NCBI RefSeq assembly: GCF_006345805.1
Contig: NW_021833055.1
Span: forward strand, 21,771-85,770
Source: Octopus sinensis
Lineage: Eukaryota
Direction: 5' to 3'
Length of the DNA stretch: 64,000 nucleotides
This document shows, piece by piece, positions 40,567-54,790 of the stretch. The translations under genes and the position numbers were made by a program. A model generated the notes under the pieces. That model was not told the origin of the DNA. It worked only from the letters and a program-made list of their open reading frames with translations, and ran no database searches. How positions within the stretch are numbered: position 1 is the first letter of the stretch; the number at the start of each line of letters is the position of its first letter.

Positions 40567-41047
40567 ATTTGAAACTCTGCGATTCAATAAGGTGGTGTGG
40601 TTTCAAGAAAACGAATGGTTCAATTATATGTCCATGGATCTCCGTTGTCATTTGACCATCAAAACTCAAAATGAATTAATCTTTTACACGCCCACGCGTG
40701 GAGCTTTTGTTAAGAAGTTTTCTTCCCGTCTACATGGTCCCAGGTTCAGACCCATTGCTTGTTACCCCGAACAAGAGTCTCTACCATAACACTGGCACGG
40801 TCGAATCTTCTTGAGTGCATTTGGAAGACCAAAAAGACAGCAAGAAAAAGCAACAACGTGAGGATGTGGCTCATGAAAAGTATTAAGAAGACGCTCAGGG
40901 AAGGAAAGAAGTGTGTTTTATATTTCGAGCAAAGCTCTTCTTCAGAAGTAGGAGACAGAGGAAAGTTCAAAATAAAGGAAGACGAAGGGAAAAATCGTCA
41001 ACAATCCACATGTAGTGTTACATTTTGGAATGTATATATATATATAT

Positions 41048-41081
<34 letters not shown>

Positions 41082-41329
41082 ATATATATATAAATATATA
41101 TATATAAATGGAATATACATATATACACACATATATACATACATATATGTATGTATATATATGTATGTATGTATATGTGTGTCCATGTGTGTGTGAATAT
41201 GTGTGTTTGTGTTTGTGTGCGTGCGTGGGCCTTCCAGGTTTTGTATCTCTCACACCACCACTTAAGCATCAGTGGTTTGCTTACTTCCCCTTAACATAGC
41301 GATTAGCTAAAAGAGAGATTGGCTGAAAA

Positions 41330-41960
41330 TGTTCCAGGCTTGAAGATTTAGTACTTGGTTAGATTTGTTAGATTTATCCTTTGAAGGCCGTACTTCACTA
41401 AATGAAAGAAGTAAAAGATAGAAGTGGGACACCGTCACACGCCCAGTAAACTTTCTTATGAGTGAAACCATATTTTTGTGGCTTTAATATTCGCTATTGA
41501 TAGCACTGCTTCAAATTGCTCAGAAAACCCAATTTGCTTTCGTCATACACTATAATGTTTAAAATGTGCTTGCTCATAAAATATTAGTTGATTAATTGCT
41601 ACTGAAGGAACGTAGCAGACCCATTTCCCACACTTTTAGACATTTCCTTGATTGTTCAAAAAGGGTAGCGTATCGAAGGTTTTCACTCTGCAAGGATAGA
41701 GTGTCTAAGTATCGCCTCTTTCATTTCGCGAACAAAATAAGTGCTGATGATTCTGATCCATCAATCATGGTAGAATTGCCACATCTAAATTTTGCAAACA
41801 CTTTCTGCATTCATTTATTCCTGCGTAACTTTTTCATGTCTTTTGAGTATTTTTCACCGTTTCTCATATACTATTAGAACCTCGATGAAACACATATAGC
41901 ACGACATGATGAAGACACTCTTAAATTCATTACAAGAGGGGTTGTTCATATATTAAATAA
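41330..41960 (-). pseudogene. mariner transposase N-terminal/central remnant, heavily decayed
   Basis: Minus-strand pieces in colinear mariner order: HVVLYVFHRGSNS, KVFAKFRCGN, KWV, IVYDES and a frameshifted KKV-LGVW-like segment. Confidence 0.65.
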
Positions 41961-43009
41961 ATATACTAAAATATGATCGCTGCTCTTCAGGAAATCATTA
42001 TTATGCATTTTTGGATACTACAAACTTTTATCATTCAAAAGATTTGTCCCCACCAAAAGAAGCTACACATTAATCTGCCAAATATTATTTGCTATTATTT
42101 CGTGTGTTCCATATTTTCGTAGAAGCCATACGTTTTGTCAAACTCAATAAAAGGATTGACTAATCAATAACGCTGTATTACGTGGCTGGAGACTAAGATG
42201 TTCACAAAAAGGAAGCCTCCGAGAAAAATGGCCAATTTTCGTCAGAAACAATTTTATCGCATTTAATAAAAAGAGCTGAAAACGATTTGTTGAGATGATA
42301 AGAAAATGATAGAAAATTCGACTGTGAAAGGGATTAATGTTATCGCAGAAACTACAACGTATTTGGAAATTCGCTTTTTATATTTTCGAATCGTAATGTG
42401 GTTCTACAGGCACATGCTGAAACGTTACCCCAATCAACTATGGATGTAATTCTTCAAGTGGGAATAGCATAAAAGTATTCCTTTTCAGTTACATATATCT
42501 CATTGTTAAAATTTGAAGTAAAATGGCAATAATATTGATTCTGTAAAAAAAAAAAAGCATACGAAAGTTACAATAACTACAGCAGTTAAGCAGGAACAAT
42601 ATTATATCGAAGAATTCGAGTTTATTCCAATAACTACGATTGGGATTACCGCCTCTATCATTACAGTATTGCTGACAAAATGAAATGCAGTGACTGTAAA
42701 GAGATTTGTTTCACAATGGAGCACAATCCCGGCAATTTTAATGGAAGGAATTTAGCCGAAAACATTGACCCCAGTCCATGAGACGTCGTTTATGCTTATG
42801 GATTACGAGAGAATGAAGGGTATTTCACTTCCTGTTAAGTTCAAAAAATAAAATCTCCATTGTATATAATATACTAATATATATTAATAATTTTTGTTGT
42901 TAATAAGGGTTACTATATATATGTATGTATGTATATAGAAATTTTGTATGTATATATATACGTATATATGTATGCATGTCTGTACGTATGTATGTATGTA
43001 TATATGTTT

Positions 43010-43053
<44 letters not shown>

Positions 43054-43977
43054 GAAGATGAAGAAGAAGAAAAATAGAAGAAAAAGGACAACAACAACAA
43101 GAAACCCTACTGCTGGCCTGAAGTGTAGCGGCAAGGTGTTAATTCAATCGCATCAATCCCGTTGGTCGACTGGCATTTATTTTATGGATTCTGGAAGGAC
43201 GAAAGGCCAAATCGACATCGGGGGAATTTGAACCTAGAACCTAAGGATGGACGAAATTCCACAACATAAAAATAAAAAACATCATCAACATCATCATCTT
43301 CATCTTTAGTAGGAGCAGTAGTAGTAGTAGTAAGAGTGGTGCTGCTGGTGGCGTTGGTGGTGGTGGTGGTTTCAGTAGCGTCGGCGGCGGCGGCGTCTCT
43401 GGTGTTTTTCTGCTCTGTAGTCGATATCGTCTATCTGAGCTGTCAGATTTCTATCGGGTCAATTTCCGCAACTTCCTCCGTCACAATTAATCGCGTATTG
43501 CTATGTCAGCCACCATTTTAAACGTCAACGTTTTGATCAAAGAATCAATAAAATTCCAATGTCCTACCAATGTCTTCCTCACTTCTCTCTCTTTGCTCCT
43601 CTCTCTAACTCTGCTTCTCTCTATCTCTGCATACACTCATAACATCTTTCTGAAATTCTTTGTTTCCATAAGTGCTACCGTCTGTGATTTCGTAGCGTTT
43701 TATATATATGTGACTGAACGTTTCTGAGACAGAACTGAACAGAGAATATCTGTTCGTATAGAATGAAAATGTCATCCACACATTTCAATAGGTTTCGATG
43801 TTATCATCACATATTTAAACGAACTTCATAAGCATGTACCAGGCTGTTTATATATGATTTAAATTGTATCTCCATGTATGAATATGCATACGCCCACGTG
43901 CACACACACACACACTCACACACACACACAAAAACACCCACCCACACGCACACACACACACATACACACACACACAC

Positions 43978-44008
<31 letters not shown>

Positions 44009-44339
44009 CTATATATATATATATACATACATAGATACGACGGGCTTCTTTCAGTTTCCGTCTACCAAATCCACTCACAGGGTCTTGGTCGGCCCGAGGC
44101 TATAGTTGAAGACAGGAATACTGCAACTAAGGAAACGGTTTCGAAATGTTACTGACGAGCCAGGAAAGTCAATTTGAGACATTGCCAACAAGTCGTATGT
44201 ATTGAGGAGAAACCAATCGACGCCGGGGAAGACACCACAAAGAAACACATCCACCGGGTTGATTTAGGTTCAAACCTCACGATGCATTATGTCGGAACAC
44301 CGGTGTTCCAAAACGAGAATTTATTCTCCTGTGACATAC

Positions 44340-44520
44340 ACATTTTTTTCCTCTGTCTTCCCTTCTCTGGATCTTTCCTTCTCCTATGTTTCCGACGAAG
44401 AGCTCCGCTCGAAACGTTAAATCATCCCTCTTTCCTTTTTTTCTTGAGCGTCCAATAATACTATTTTTGTTACACGTCCTCGCGTTGTTGTGTTTTTTGT
44501 GCTTTCTTGTTTGAATTGAT

Positions 44521-44560
<40 letters not shown>
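44340..44560 (+). mobile_element. (TA)n-tailed interspersed repeat with HHR-like motif CCGACGA-A-GAGC/GCTC-GAAACGTTA
   Basis: Homologous in reverse orientation to 23793-23998. Core-like motif at 44392-44419. Confidence 0.55.
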
Positions 44561-44567
<7 letters not shown>

Positions 44568-47297
44568 TATATATACAGTGCTGAGTGTATTAAATTCTAA
44601 TATCAAAATAATCAAACACTCATATTGGGCCGGGCTGTCAGACTGTTTGTACGCGGAGCAATATGCTTAGCGGCATTTGGTCCTTCTTTTCGTTTTAAGT
44701 ACAAAATCGACTGAATTCGATTGGCATTTCATCATTTGGACGTTGATAAAATAAGGAGGATTTGAGCACGGGAATCGGTGCACTCGAATTACCACCACAT
44801 ATGAAATTGCTAGACTTGTACCGAAATTGGGAACTAATATCTTCATCTCATCTTTTGTTTGTTAAATGCTTTATAAAATTTCATATTTATCTGAAAGAAG
44901 AAGAGACTGCAGAAATAATAGGAATGAAAACTGATTTTTTAAATCTATATAGGCTTTTGAGACTTTCAGCTTTAAGTGTTTTGCGCTTACCGACAATTCC
45001 CTGTTCCTGAATTTGTGAAATTTCATTTATGAAACACATACTTGTATTTGAATGATGGCATTTAACATGAGGCTTCGGTATAAGAATTGTTATAAATAAA
45101 TGTATTAATAAAATATTGAATTATGAATTATATTCACTACAAGGAGAAAAATGTTAAGAAATGTCATTGGGTTCGTATTAAGGATTTTTTGATATTATAC
45201 TAAAGTTAAACTTAGAATATTTAAATATTGGCAAAAGTAATATGGTGCGAAAAATGTTGTTGTGAATGGCAGGATAACTGGATGTAATTTAGCGAAACGG
45301 CATAAGTAATGCATACATATTTACTGTATTTACGACGATCACGCAAGTTTCATTACCGAAATGCAATCCAACACTTTACTGTGATCGCATTCACATGATT
45401 ATGAATAATAATAATAATAATATCCATTGTTATGAGAGTACAATGCTAGAAGTATACGCTGAACGTGAGCTATTAATTTTCTAGGAGTGTATATGCGAGA
45501 ATTAAAGCAAATGTTTTGAAGATCATGAGATTTTCGTGTTTCTGTTCTTTTTTTTTTTCTATTTGTGCGCATAATCTCCATTTAAGAGAGAAATATTTAT
45601 ACATGGTGTATTTAGCGTGGACCAGCTGCAAACCGTTCCTTCCGTTTATTCGAGGTTTTCTGTTGCAAATAACATTTCAAATGTTTCTGCAATACATAAA
45701 TGGTAAGGTTATTTTTTTTTTATTGCCGGGAAAGTTCAAGCCCTGTTTATGATCCGTTGCTGTAGATTATATAGTCTTTGTCTATTTCGAAATCCCCTAT
45801 GAAGGGATAATAAAAAATCCTTACTTCTCCATATGTCATGAAATATGTGGGTATCTTAGTTATACAGTGTTTAGTTTCGCTTTTGTTTGATTCGACTCCT
45901 ATTTGCACGTAAACATGGGCGCACATACACACGTTTGTGTATAAGCGTTTGGGTTTGCGTGCGTAGGTGAATGTGTATGTGTGTGTGAGCGTGAATGTCT
46001 GTTAGTGTGTAAGTGTTTGTGATTGTCGGTTTGCGTATGAATTTATTTGTTGCTGATCTGCAGGCTTATATTTCGCATTGATAGTAAAATAATGTCGAAG
46101 GGAGGTCCCAACACACAATGGATCGATCGATAAAAATATATTTTATGCCGTTTTTTCTCCTCAATACGGACTCAAAATTACCATCGGATATATATTCACT
46201 GTTGCAAATTCTCGCAACGGAACCTTCAATTTTAGGGGAAAAAAAAATCTATTCTATTCTTCATAACCAATCACTTAAATTGATTCACGCCAAGCTACAA
46301 TGATCACAACATCGTTGCTAAAATATATGTCACTCAGTAATACTCCAGAATTTTTGCAAACGTTGAAATATTCCATGATAATACACATTACTATAATGAA
46401 GCTTTTACAGAAAATAAATATCGTTTATAAAAATTACATTTATTATAAGAATACAGCTGCCAAAATATGAAACTAAATGTAATTTGGTACACTTTTTCCC
46501 CGAAACAAGAACTCCGCTATTATACAAATTAATCGTTAAAACACTCTGGAGCATACGGCAAAATGTTCGCAAAGTATTCGTTGAATTTGCTGTATTCAAT
46601 TACGGCAAAAATCGCTAAAATTTTTGGCATCCTTATTATCTAAAAAGAAACCAAAAAAAAATTAAAAAACCGTTTAAATCTTTGACTGAATCAAACATTA
46701 CTTTTATTTTCCATAATCATATAAATTGGTTCATTGTATTTAAATGTTAATGGAAAGTTATATTAACATATAATAAGGCCTAAAAATAAACAAGCGAATC
46801 TGTAGGACACGTACCCTCTTAAAACCGTATTTTCTATGGTTAACATACATGGAAATTTGTAACATTATTAGATGTTACAACGTTTTATTGTTCTCAAACA
46901 TATAAACCTTGGAAAGTTGGCAGACAAAATTGTGTACCAAATAGATCCATGGAACCGCAATTATTTAGGGCAACCACCCTTTTGGCACTTGAGTCGTATG
47001 CCTAATCCCCCATCTCAATAACCACCACAAATATTGACCCTTCAGGCAAATTCAAAATAGTTGTTTCACAATTAAACTATTTAACCCATTATTTTGTTGT
47101 ATTTACATCCACTGGCCCCTTCATTTTACCACTTTTTTTTTGACGTTCCTGGTCTTTCCGACGTCCACTTTGGGAACCACACAAAGAGAGAGTCTTCAGC
47201 TGATCAAAATAATAACATTGTAACGTAAGACATTGTGCGCACAAAAGAAACATATGCAACACAATTTACCCAAACCCTTCTCAGAAATATATATATA

Positions 47298-47682
47298 TAC
47301 TAGCAGTATCGCCCGGCGTTGCTCAGGTTTGTAAGGGAAATAACTATAAAGTATTTTTAGAGAGTTATAGCCAAAAAATAGCCAAAAAATGGAAAAAAAT
47401 TATGGTAAATTTTTTTTTAGTTAAAAAAGGTGGAGTTGCCTCCCCTAGACAGTTTGCGGATTGTGTTTCTGATTCTCGACCCCATGTCGAATTTATCGAT
47501 TTTTTTCAGAACTGGGGGAACTTTTCAAAATTTTCGCTGCGTTAGTTTTGAATTATGACATTGGGCTATGTGTGTGTCAAGTCTCATCAGAATCAGTTGA
47601 AAGCCGTGGTCAGGGTGAGGGTACAAGCAAACAGACACACAGAAACACGCACAGACAAACTGCCGTTTAAATATAGAGAGAT
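47298..47682 (+). mobile_element. Non-autonomous Helitron-like element
   Basis: 5' TACTAGCAGTATCGCCCGGCGTTGCTC, subterminal ACAGACAC-type microsatellite and ..TTTAAATATAGAGAGAT end. This architecture is known from small non-autonomous Helitrons (Lep1-like). Confidence 0.6.
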
Positions 47683-48575
47683 ATATAGATTTATATACAC
47701 AGGTCAAATTGAAAAGCATGAAGAAATTTAGAACCGCACATAACCTTAGTTCTCACATATTATGAACACTATACAGCATATAGTTTCTCACACACGTTTC
47801 TAGAACACAAACAGAATGCATCAAACACATGTTGATTCAAACACTCATCAATCATATACTAGACGTATATTTTCAGTGAACTAGTTATGCATTCATATAT
47901 ACATTTATATGTCGCGTTCACAACACATACCAACATCAATTTCGCCATTGCTGAAATATAATTATATTTTTAATATAATATTTAAAAGTCATATAACATG
48001 TTTTATCTTCAAGTCTCAAACTTAATAGAATATAATTCATATCTTCAAATTCTCTTAATACAATAATGATGCAGTTTCTTATCTTTCAGGTTGCATTTTA
48101 TTAGTCACCAAAGAGATAATGCAGTGGCAATATTAACAAATACTGTATCGATCGGAAGAAAAAAACAAAATTTTGGTTTCAAGACCGGAAATTTCGTGAG
48201 TGGGGGTAAGTCAATTATTTCGACCCCGGTGTTTAATTAGTATTAATTTAATTAATACTGTAAGGTTGAAAGGCAAAGTTAATTTCGGCGGGATTTGTTA
48301 TGAGAATGTAAATACAAACAGAACATCGCTAAGCATTTTCTCCGGCGGGCAAAACATTCTGTCAGCTCGCTGCATAATACAAACAAAATATTCACATTAA
48401 AAAAAGAATATATTCACCAGGGAACCCACCACCGGTGATGGTAACTTGGGACCTATTTCTGTTTAAGGCAGTATTTTTGAAACAGAATTTATGGAACTAC
48501 CGTGGGGGAATATTTAAATTCCGATTTGAGCGAAATTAAGTAACAAGTAAATAAAAGTTGGAATGAATATTTAAG

Positions 48576-48608
<33 letters not shown>

Positions 48609-48957
48609 TATATATAATATATATAATATATATATATATATTATATATATATATATACAGAAAGGACGAATGTTAGATTAGACCTCACTCAAATTTGTAC
48701 TCGGAACGTTAAGAGTGACGAAATTCCTCGAAGCATCTTGCCAGCTCTTCTATCGATGCTGCCAAATCACTGCCTTTCTCTGTAGTATTACCATATTAAC
48801 ACGTTTTGGCGTGATTATGAATATCGTTGCTTATGTTGAGTCACGATACTTTAGCTTTCCAAATCGAGTAAATGAGCGGCGAGTATACGAAAATCAAAAT
48901 AAAGGCTGAAAACTTTACACTCCTCAAGAAATTATAAAATACATAACTACATATATA

Positions 48958-49355
48958 GGCGCAGGAGTGGCTGTGTGGTAAGTAGCTTGCTAACCAGCCA
49001 CATGGTTCCGGGTTCAGACCCACTGCGTGGCATCTTGGGCAAGTGTCTTCTACTACAGCCCCGGGCCGACCAATGCCTTGTGAGTGGATTTGGTAGACGG
49101 AAACTGAAAAGAAGCCCGTCGTATATATGCATATATATATAAGTGTGTGTGTATATGTTTGTCCCCCTAGCATTGCTTGACAACCGATGCTGGTATGTTC
49201 ACGTCCCCGTCACTTAGCGGTTCGGCAAAAGGCACCGATAGAATAAGTACTGAGCTTACAAAAGAATAAGTCCCGGGGTCGATTTGCACGACTAAATGCG
49301 GTGCTCCAGCATGGCCGCAGTCAAATGACTGAAACAAGTAAAAGAGTAAAGAGTA
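48958..49355 (+). mobile_element. Full-length tRNA-derived SINE with CORE-like block
   Basis: Head GGCGCAGGAGTGGCTGTGTGGTAAG, B-box-like GGGTTCAGACCC, CORE-like TGGCATCTTGGGCAAGTGTCTTCT, internal microsatellite, and tail GCGGTGCTCCAGCATGGCCGCAGTCAAATGACTGAAACAAGTAAAAGAG. Confidence 0.9.
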
Positions 49356-50219
49356 ATTTATATATATACGTGTGTGCGTGTCGCATTTCTGTCAGATACA
49401 GAATGTTAATATTACGTAGCCATATGTGTGTGTTGCTGTGTCTCGGTATCTGAGTGTGTAAATACATATATACATATATATACATACAGGCATTCACATA
49501 TATAGTCACTTTATATTATCAATTATTGAATATTATATATTCAACATGCTTTAAATCTATACTGTTCATTATGTCCACACTTTAATTCGGCTTGAAAACA
49601 TAATTATATATTTCTTGTTAAACGTGCAAAGATTTTGAGTAATTAAAACGCAACAAATTACAACAGTCATTCTTTAAATTATTGCGGAATTGTACCAGTA
49701 TTGTCTTCTAATTAATTAGTAGGAAGTTTTAATATTAATTATATGTTTTTACTTTTGTTTTGTGTATGTCTGTACGCATTGAACTTAGTCTTATTTCATC
49801 CTCTTTTTTTATTCTTCGTTTCGTTAGTTCTGTCGTCCAATTTGTCTCTTTTCCTGTCTGGCTGTCACTATTTTTGTCTCTGCTCTTTACTCGCAGTAGC
49901 GGAACATTAGCTATTCTTTGTCGTTACTCGATCTACTGTAAATTGCAGTTAAATTTCCCAACAATTCAAACTTAGATACGAACGATATTACATAACGGGC
50001 TTTACATTTCACAGTATCAAAGATATAAAAAGAACTTGTTATGGTCTGAAGTATTTTTGAAATGGTAAGGTGTTAGCAAAATTCAAATGCATGTGTTTAA
50101 GCAGAACCGACGCATAAAAACATTGCATCACTCTGCATCACCAGAACTAACGTCTCAGTCGTAATAGAAAGTTACACTAATTCACATAGGTTATTTACTA
50201 TATCTTTGAAACAAATACC

Positions 50220-50451
50220 TAGTTCTTTACTACCCACAAGGGGCTAAACACAGATGAGACAGACATGGACAGACAAACGGATTAAGTCGATTATATCGAC
50301 CCCAGTGCGTAACTAGTACTTATTTAATCGACCCCGAAAGGATGAAAGGCAAAGTCGACCTTGGCGGAATTTGAACTCAGAACGTAACGGCAGACGAAAT
50401 ACCGCAAAGCATTTCGCCCGGCGTTCTAACGTTCCTGCTAGCTCACCGTCT
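50220..50451 (-). mobile_element. Full-length monomeric SINE of the same (Meta-like) family with 17-bp TSD
   Basis: Head, B-box-like GAGTTCAAATTCC and tail all on the minus strand. TSD TCTTTGAAACAAATACC at 50203-50219 and 50452-50468. Confidence 0.9.
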
Positions 50452-50679
50452 TCTTTGAAACAAATACCATGAAATAATTGCTGTCGCGGTCGCTCTAATT
50501 GATGACAAGTCCTTCACGCGATATATTGCAAGGATCTCGATTCTTTCAATGCAAATATATGAATACATTTAGCATCAATGTGTAAGTTTTGGGGATCTAG
50601 TCCCTAGTTTTTGGCTACCTGAACAACGGAATGGAGGTATATACCACAGCTTATACTTCAGGAATTCCCTTTTTTTTAA

Positions 50680-50838
50680 TTGTTTCAGTATGTGACTGCG
50701 GCTAAGCTTGAGCAACGCCTTTAGTCGAGCAAATCGACACTTGGACTTATTCGTTGTAAGCCTAGTACTTATTCTATCGGTCTCTTTTACAGGACAAACA
50801 CATACACAGACACACACTCACACACACACACACACACA

Positions 50839-50882
<44 letters not shown>

Positions 50883-51047
50883 CACGACGGGCTTCTTTCA
50901 GATTCCGTCTGCCAAATCCACTGACAAGTCTTTGGTCGACTCGACTCTATAGTAGAATACACTTGCCCAAGGTGACACGCAATGGGACTGAACCCGGAAC
51001 CATGTGTTTCGTAAGCAAGCTACTTACCACACAGCCACTCCTACGCC
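50680..51047 (-). mobile_element. CORE-like SINE
   Basis: TGTTTCAGTATGTGACTGCGGC tail and CTTACCACACAGCCACTCCTACGCC head on the minus strand. Partial copies also at ~1.5-1.8, 39.46-39.57, 40.7-40.8 and 44.03-44.11 kb. Confidence 0.85.
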
Positions 51048-51322
51048 TTTTTGACCTTTTGACCATAGAATTAATAATATGAATGAGATTTAAAAGGTGG
51101 AACTCAAGAGAATCATCACTCAAAAATAGTACGATCGATCACCCCATTATGCAATTGTCATGCGCCATAGGGACAGATGTAAAATTTGACGTGTGTATAG
51201 TTCTACCGGAATTACAATTTTTCTGAATTTTCAGATTTTTTTATATCCTAGGCTATTGGTTTTAAATTGATATTAATTAAATTAATATTCAATTTGTCAC
51301 CCTCATTATATATATATATATA

Positions 51323-51590
51323 GCCCAGTGGTTAGGGCAGCGGACTCGCGGTCGTAGGGTCGCAGTCTCGATTCCCAGACCGGGCGTTGTGAGTGTTTAT
51401 TGAGCGAAAACACCTAAAAGCTCCACGAGGTTCCGGCTGTACTCTTTTGCCACAACCTTCTCTTACGCTTTCTTCTGTTGGCCTGCTCGCTTAGCCAGCA
51501 GGGTGGCGTCATTTGAAAGCTAAAACAATGCGAAGCGCATTGGGACCAGCGATGTTTAGCAACATCTGATAGCCTGGTCGGTCACGGTGA
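51323..51590 (+). mobile_element. tRNA(Arg)-like-headed SINE with an alternative 3' tail
   Basis: GCCCAGTGGTTAGGGCAGCGGACTCGCGGTCG head shared with 31455-31840; the 3' half differs. A partial head also lies at ~6545-6650. Confidence 0.8.
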
Positions 51591-51600
51591 TATATATATA

Positions 51601-51640
<40 letters not shown>

Positions 51641-52150
51641 ATGACGGGGATTCACGCAATTGATTTTCCCCATAACTATCACGAGGAAGAGAATAAACAC
51701 AATCTAGCTTTAAATATAATAGCTGAAAAAGCGCAGAATGAAAGAAGCGAAAATCCCATAATTATTATAAATCGAATTACTTACCAATATCATTGTGCTT
51801 GCACGCTTAGTTTAAGTAAAAATATTTGCATATACTTTTTACAACAGGTGTCAATTCTAACTAGCTTGTTGTGCGCCTTTTTTGCAACATTCTGGATGTT
51901 TCAGATATTAAAAGAAAAGAATCAACTGGCGTGTGTGTGTACTGCGTAACTGTTATTGCAATTCTTTGATTTTTTTCTTGATTTTGCTTTTTTGTCCTTT
52001 CTTTTCCGTGTTGTTTTTGATCTTGTGTTATCACTTCACCCCCGTCAGCTGTTATTATGTTCTGAGATAACATTTTTCTTAAGAATGACATTGAAATGGA
52101 GCACAAATAAATGAACTAAAAAAAAAATTACTAACAAAAGAATAACCATA

Positions 52151-52181
<31 letters not shown>

Positions 52182-52300
52182 AGAGAAGCAAAACAGAAAT
52201 AGCACAGAAAAAAATCTTAATACAAACTCATAAATAAATTAAGCTAAAAATACATCAGAAATTAAAACTAAAGAATGCAACAAGGAAATAATCGCAATCA

Positions 52301-52333
<33 letters not shown>

Positions 52334-52599
52334 GTTTATATACACATACGCACACACACGAAGACATATACAGGCATACTCATGCACGACAATATGTGAA
52401 TATACATATAAACGCACACTGACAGATACACACGCGTACCAAAAAAGACGGTTCTAATTAATTATTGATTAAAACGTAGCCAAAAGATTCTTGGAAAAAT
52501 CACGATCAACAGAACACAGCAGAGAATGAGTATTGTGAAGCGACAAAGACAGAGTACTGGGAGTTGATATACAAGGAAGAAATACGTTAGGAGAAGGAG

Positions 52600-52755
52600 A
52601 ATGAGAAGTAGAAGAAGAGGAAGAAGAGAAGAAGAGAAGAAGAAGAAGAAGAGAAGAAGAAGAAGAAGAAGAAGAAAGAAGAAGAAGAAGAAAGAAGAAG
52701 AGAGAAGAAGAGAGAAGAAGAAGAGAAGAAGAAGAAGAAGAAAAGAAGAAGAAGA
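52600..52755. repeat. (GAA)n polypurine tract
   Basis: Direct reading. Confidence 0.95.
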
Positions 52756-52982
52756 GCTATTGAATTGAGAAGAATGTAAACGAAAGGAAAAATAGTATGT
52801 AAAAAAATAAAATGGAGGAAAGAAAGAAATCAACTCCATCGCTGAATCTCACGCATGATGTCTTTCATTTGACTCGAGTGTAACTACTACAATTAACTTT
52901 ATTTCATGCTAGTTTTATTGGGTTACTTGCTTGCTAGCAGCTAGCGACTGCAAAGCGAGTGGTATATATATATATATATTAT

Positions 52983-53013
<31 letters not shown>

Positions 53014-53014
53014 G

Positions 53015-53045
<31 letters not shown>

Positions 53046-53078
53046 CGTATATATAATATATATATAATATATATATAT

Positions 53079-53127
<49 letters not shown>

Positions 53128-53318
53128 TATATATATACGTACATATATGTATATATATATTATATATATATATATACGTACATATATATGTATATATACA
53201 TTTATATATATACATATATGTGCATATATTTATATATAAATATGTAAACGTGTGTTTCTCAGTGTATATAAGTACGTTTACATATGTGCATGCCTGTGTC
53301 TATGTGAGAGTTAGTATG

Positions 53319-53368
<50 letters not shown>

Positions 53369-53719
53369 AGTGCACATGAGTTTGTATGTATGTGTGTGTA
53401 TGTGTTTGTATCCGTAGTTCTTACGAAGTTTATCGGTATAAATTGATGCACACACACTCAACGAACACTCGCACACACACACACGCATATATACGATCAT
53501 ACGCTGCTTCGGCAGATATATGTGTGTGTCCGTGTGTATGCTCGCTGCATTTTGTGTATTTGTTTACGTCATCATTAACCAAAAAGTTGTCTACATAATT
53601 GGCGTGCGTATATAATTAACAGGTGGATTCTTATTTGCGTTCTCCAATCTTTCAGCGAGTGTAATTTTCTTGGGCATTATTCGCTTGACTGTGCGCGTTC
53701 ATAATTCGAGGTAAGATGA

Positions 53720-54570
53720 GCGAGGTTATTAACGGCAAAACGATGATAATGATGAAGACGATGAGGATGCTGACAACGATGACGACCACTACAACGATGA
53801 CAGCTAAAGTGATAACAATGATTATGAAAGCGATGAAGGGTATTGATTCTCCTAATGCAGGTGAGTGATGCCATAACAAATGAAGAAACATAAAAAAAAT
53901 GGTTTGGGATGAGAATCACAGAGATGGCGACGAATGCGATGACGATAATGAAGATGATGTAGATGCGGGCGGATGGTAATGAAGAGGACAACGGCCCACG
54001 GTTTATGATGAACAGGATTATTGTGGAGGTAAGGAAGGTGGGTAGCGCCTCTCCTTGAGCAGCTGTAATAATGAGGTGATAAACGAAGTCGAAAAAATGA
54101 TGATGATGATGAAGATGGTGGTGATGATGATTATGACGATGACAACGACGACACAAGTGCTGCTGCTGCCACGTCTGCTACTGCTGCTTCTGCTGCTGTA
54201 ATCGATGGTGATGATGATGATGATAATGATGATGATGCTGATCATGATGGTGGTGGTGGTAGTGATGATGATGATGATGAAGATATCGACGACGACTCAG
54301 TGCTAATGATGCTGCTGCTACCGCTGTAGATGATGACAATAGTGGTGATGGTGGTGGTGGTGGTGGTGGTGGTGTGGTGGTGGTGGTGATGATGATCATG
54401 ATTGTGATGATGATGATCACGATCATGATAATGATCATGGTTAATGATAAATAATAATGATTAATGCGGAATGATGGCGATTGACGATAACGAAGATAAT
54501 GATGATGATGGTGATCTCGATTAAGATGATGGTAACGATGATGAGCGATGATGACGTGTGATGCTGACGA

Positions 54571-54610
<40 letters not shown>

Positions 54611-54621
54611 GTGGTGGTGAC

Positions 54622-54655
<34 letters not shown>

Positions 54656-54790
54656 ATTATGATGATGATGATGGTGGTGACGATGATGATGATGGTGACG
54701 GTGATGATGACGGCGGGGACGACGACGACGACGATGATGATGATGATGATGATGGTGACGATGATGATGGTGACGAGGTGCCTGTTGATG
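53720..54790. repeat. Degenerate (GAT)n/(GGT)n trinucleotide block
   Basis: Direct reading; gives poly-M/H/I/D ORFs. A similar (CAT)n block lies at ~34595-34965. Confidence 0.95.

Noticed and set aside
44152-44175. CTGACGA-GCCAG-GAAA-GTC
   Set aside because: No closing pair for stem II, no room for stem III and no stem I pairing; probably chance.
51323-51400. tRNA-like sequence with A and B boxes
   Set aside because: It is the head of a SINE continuing into the family body; it has no complete acceptor stem or cloverleaf.
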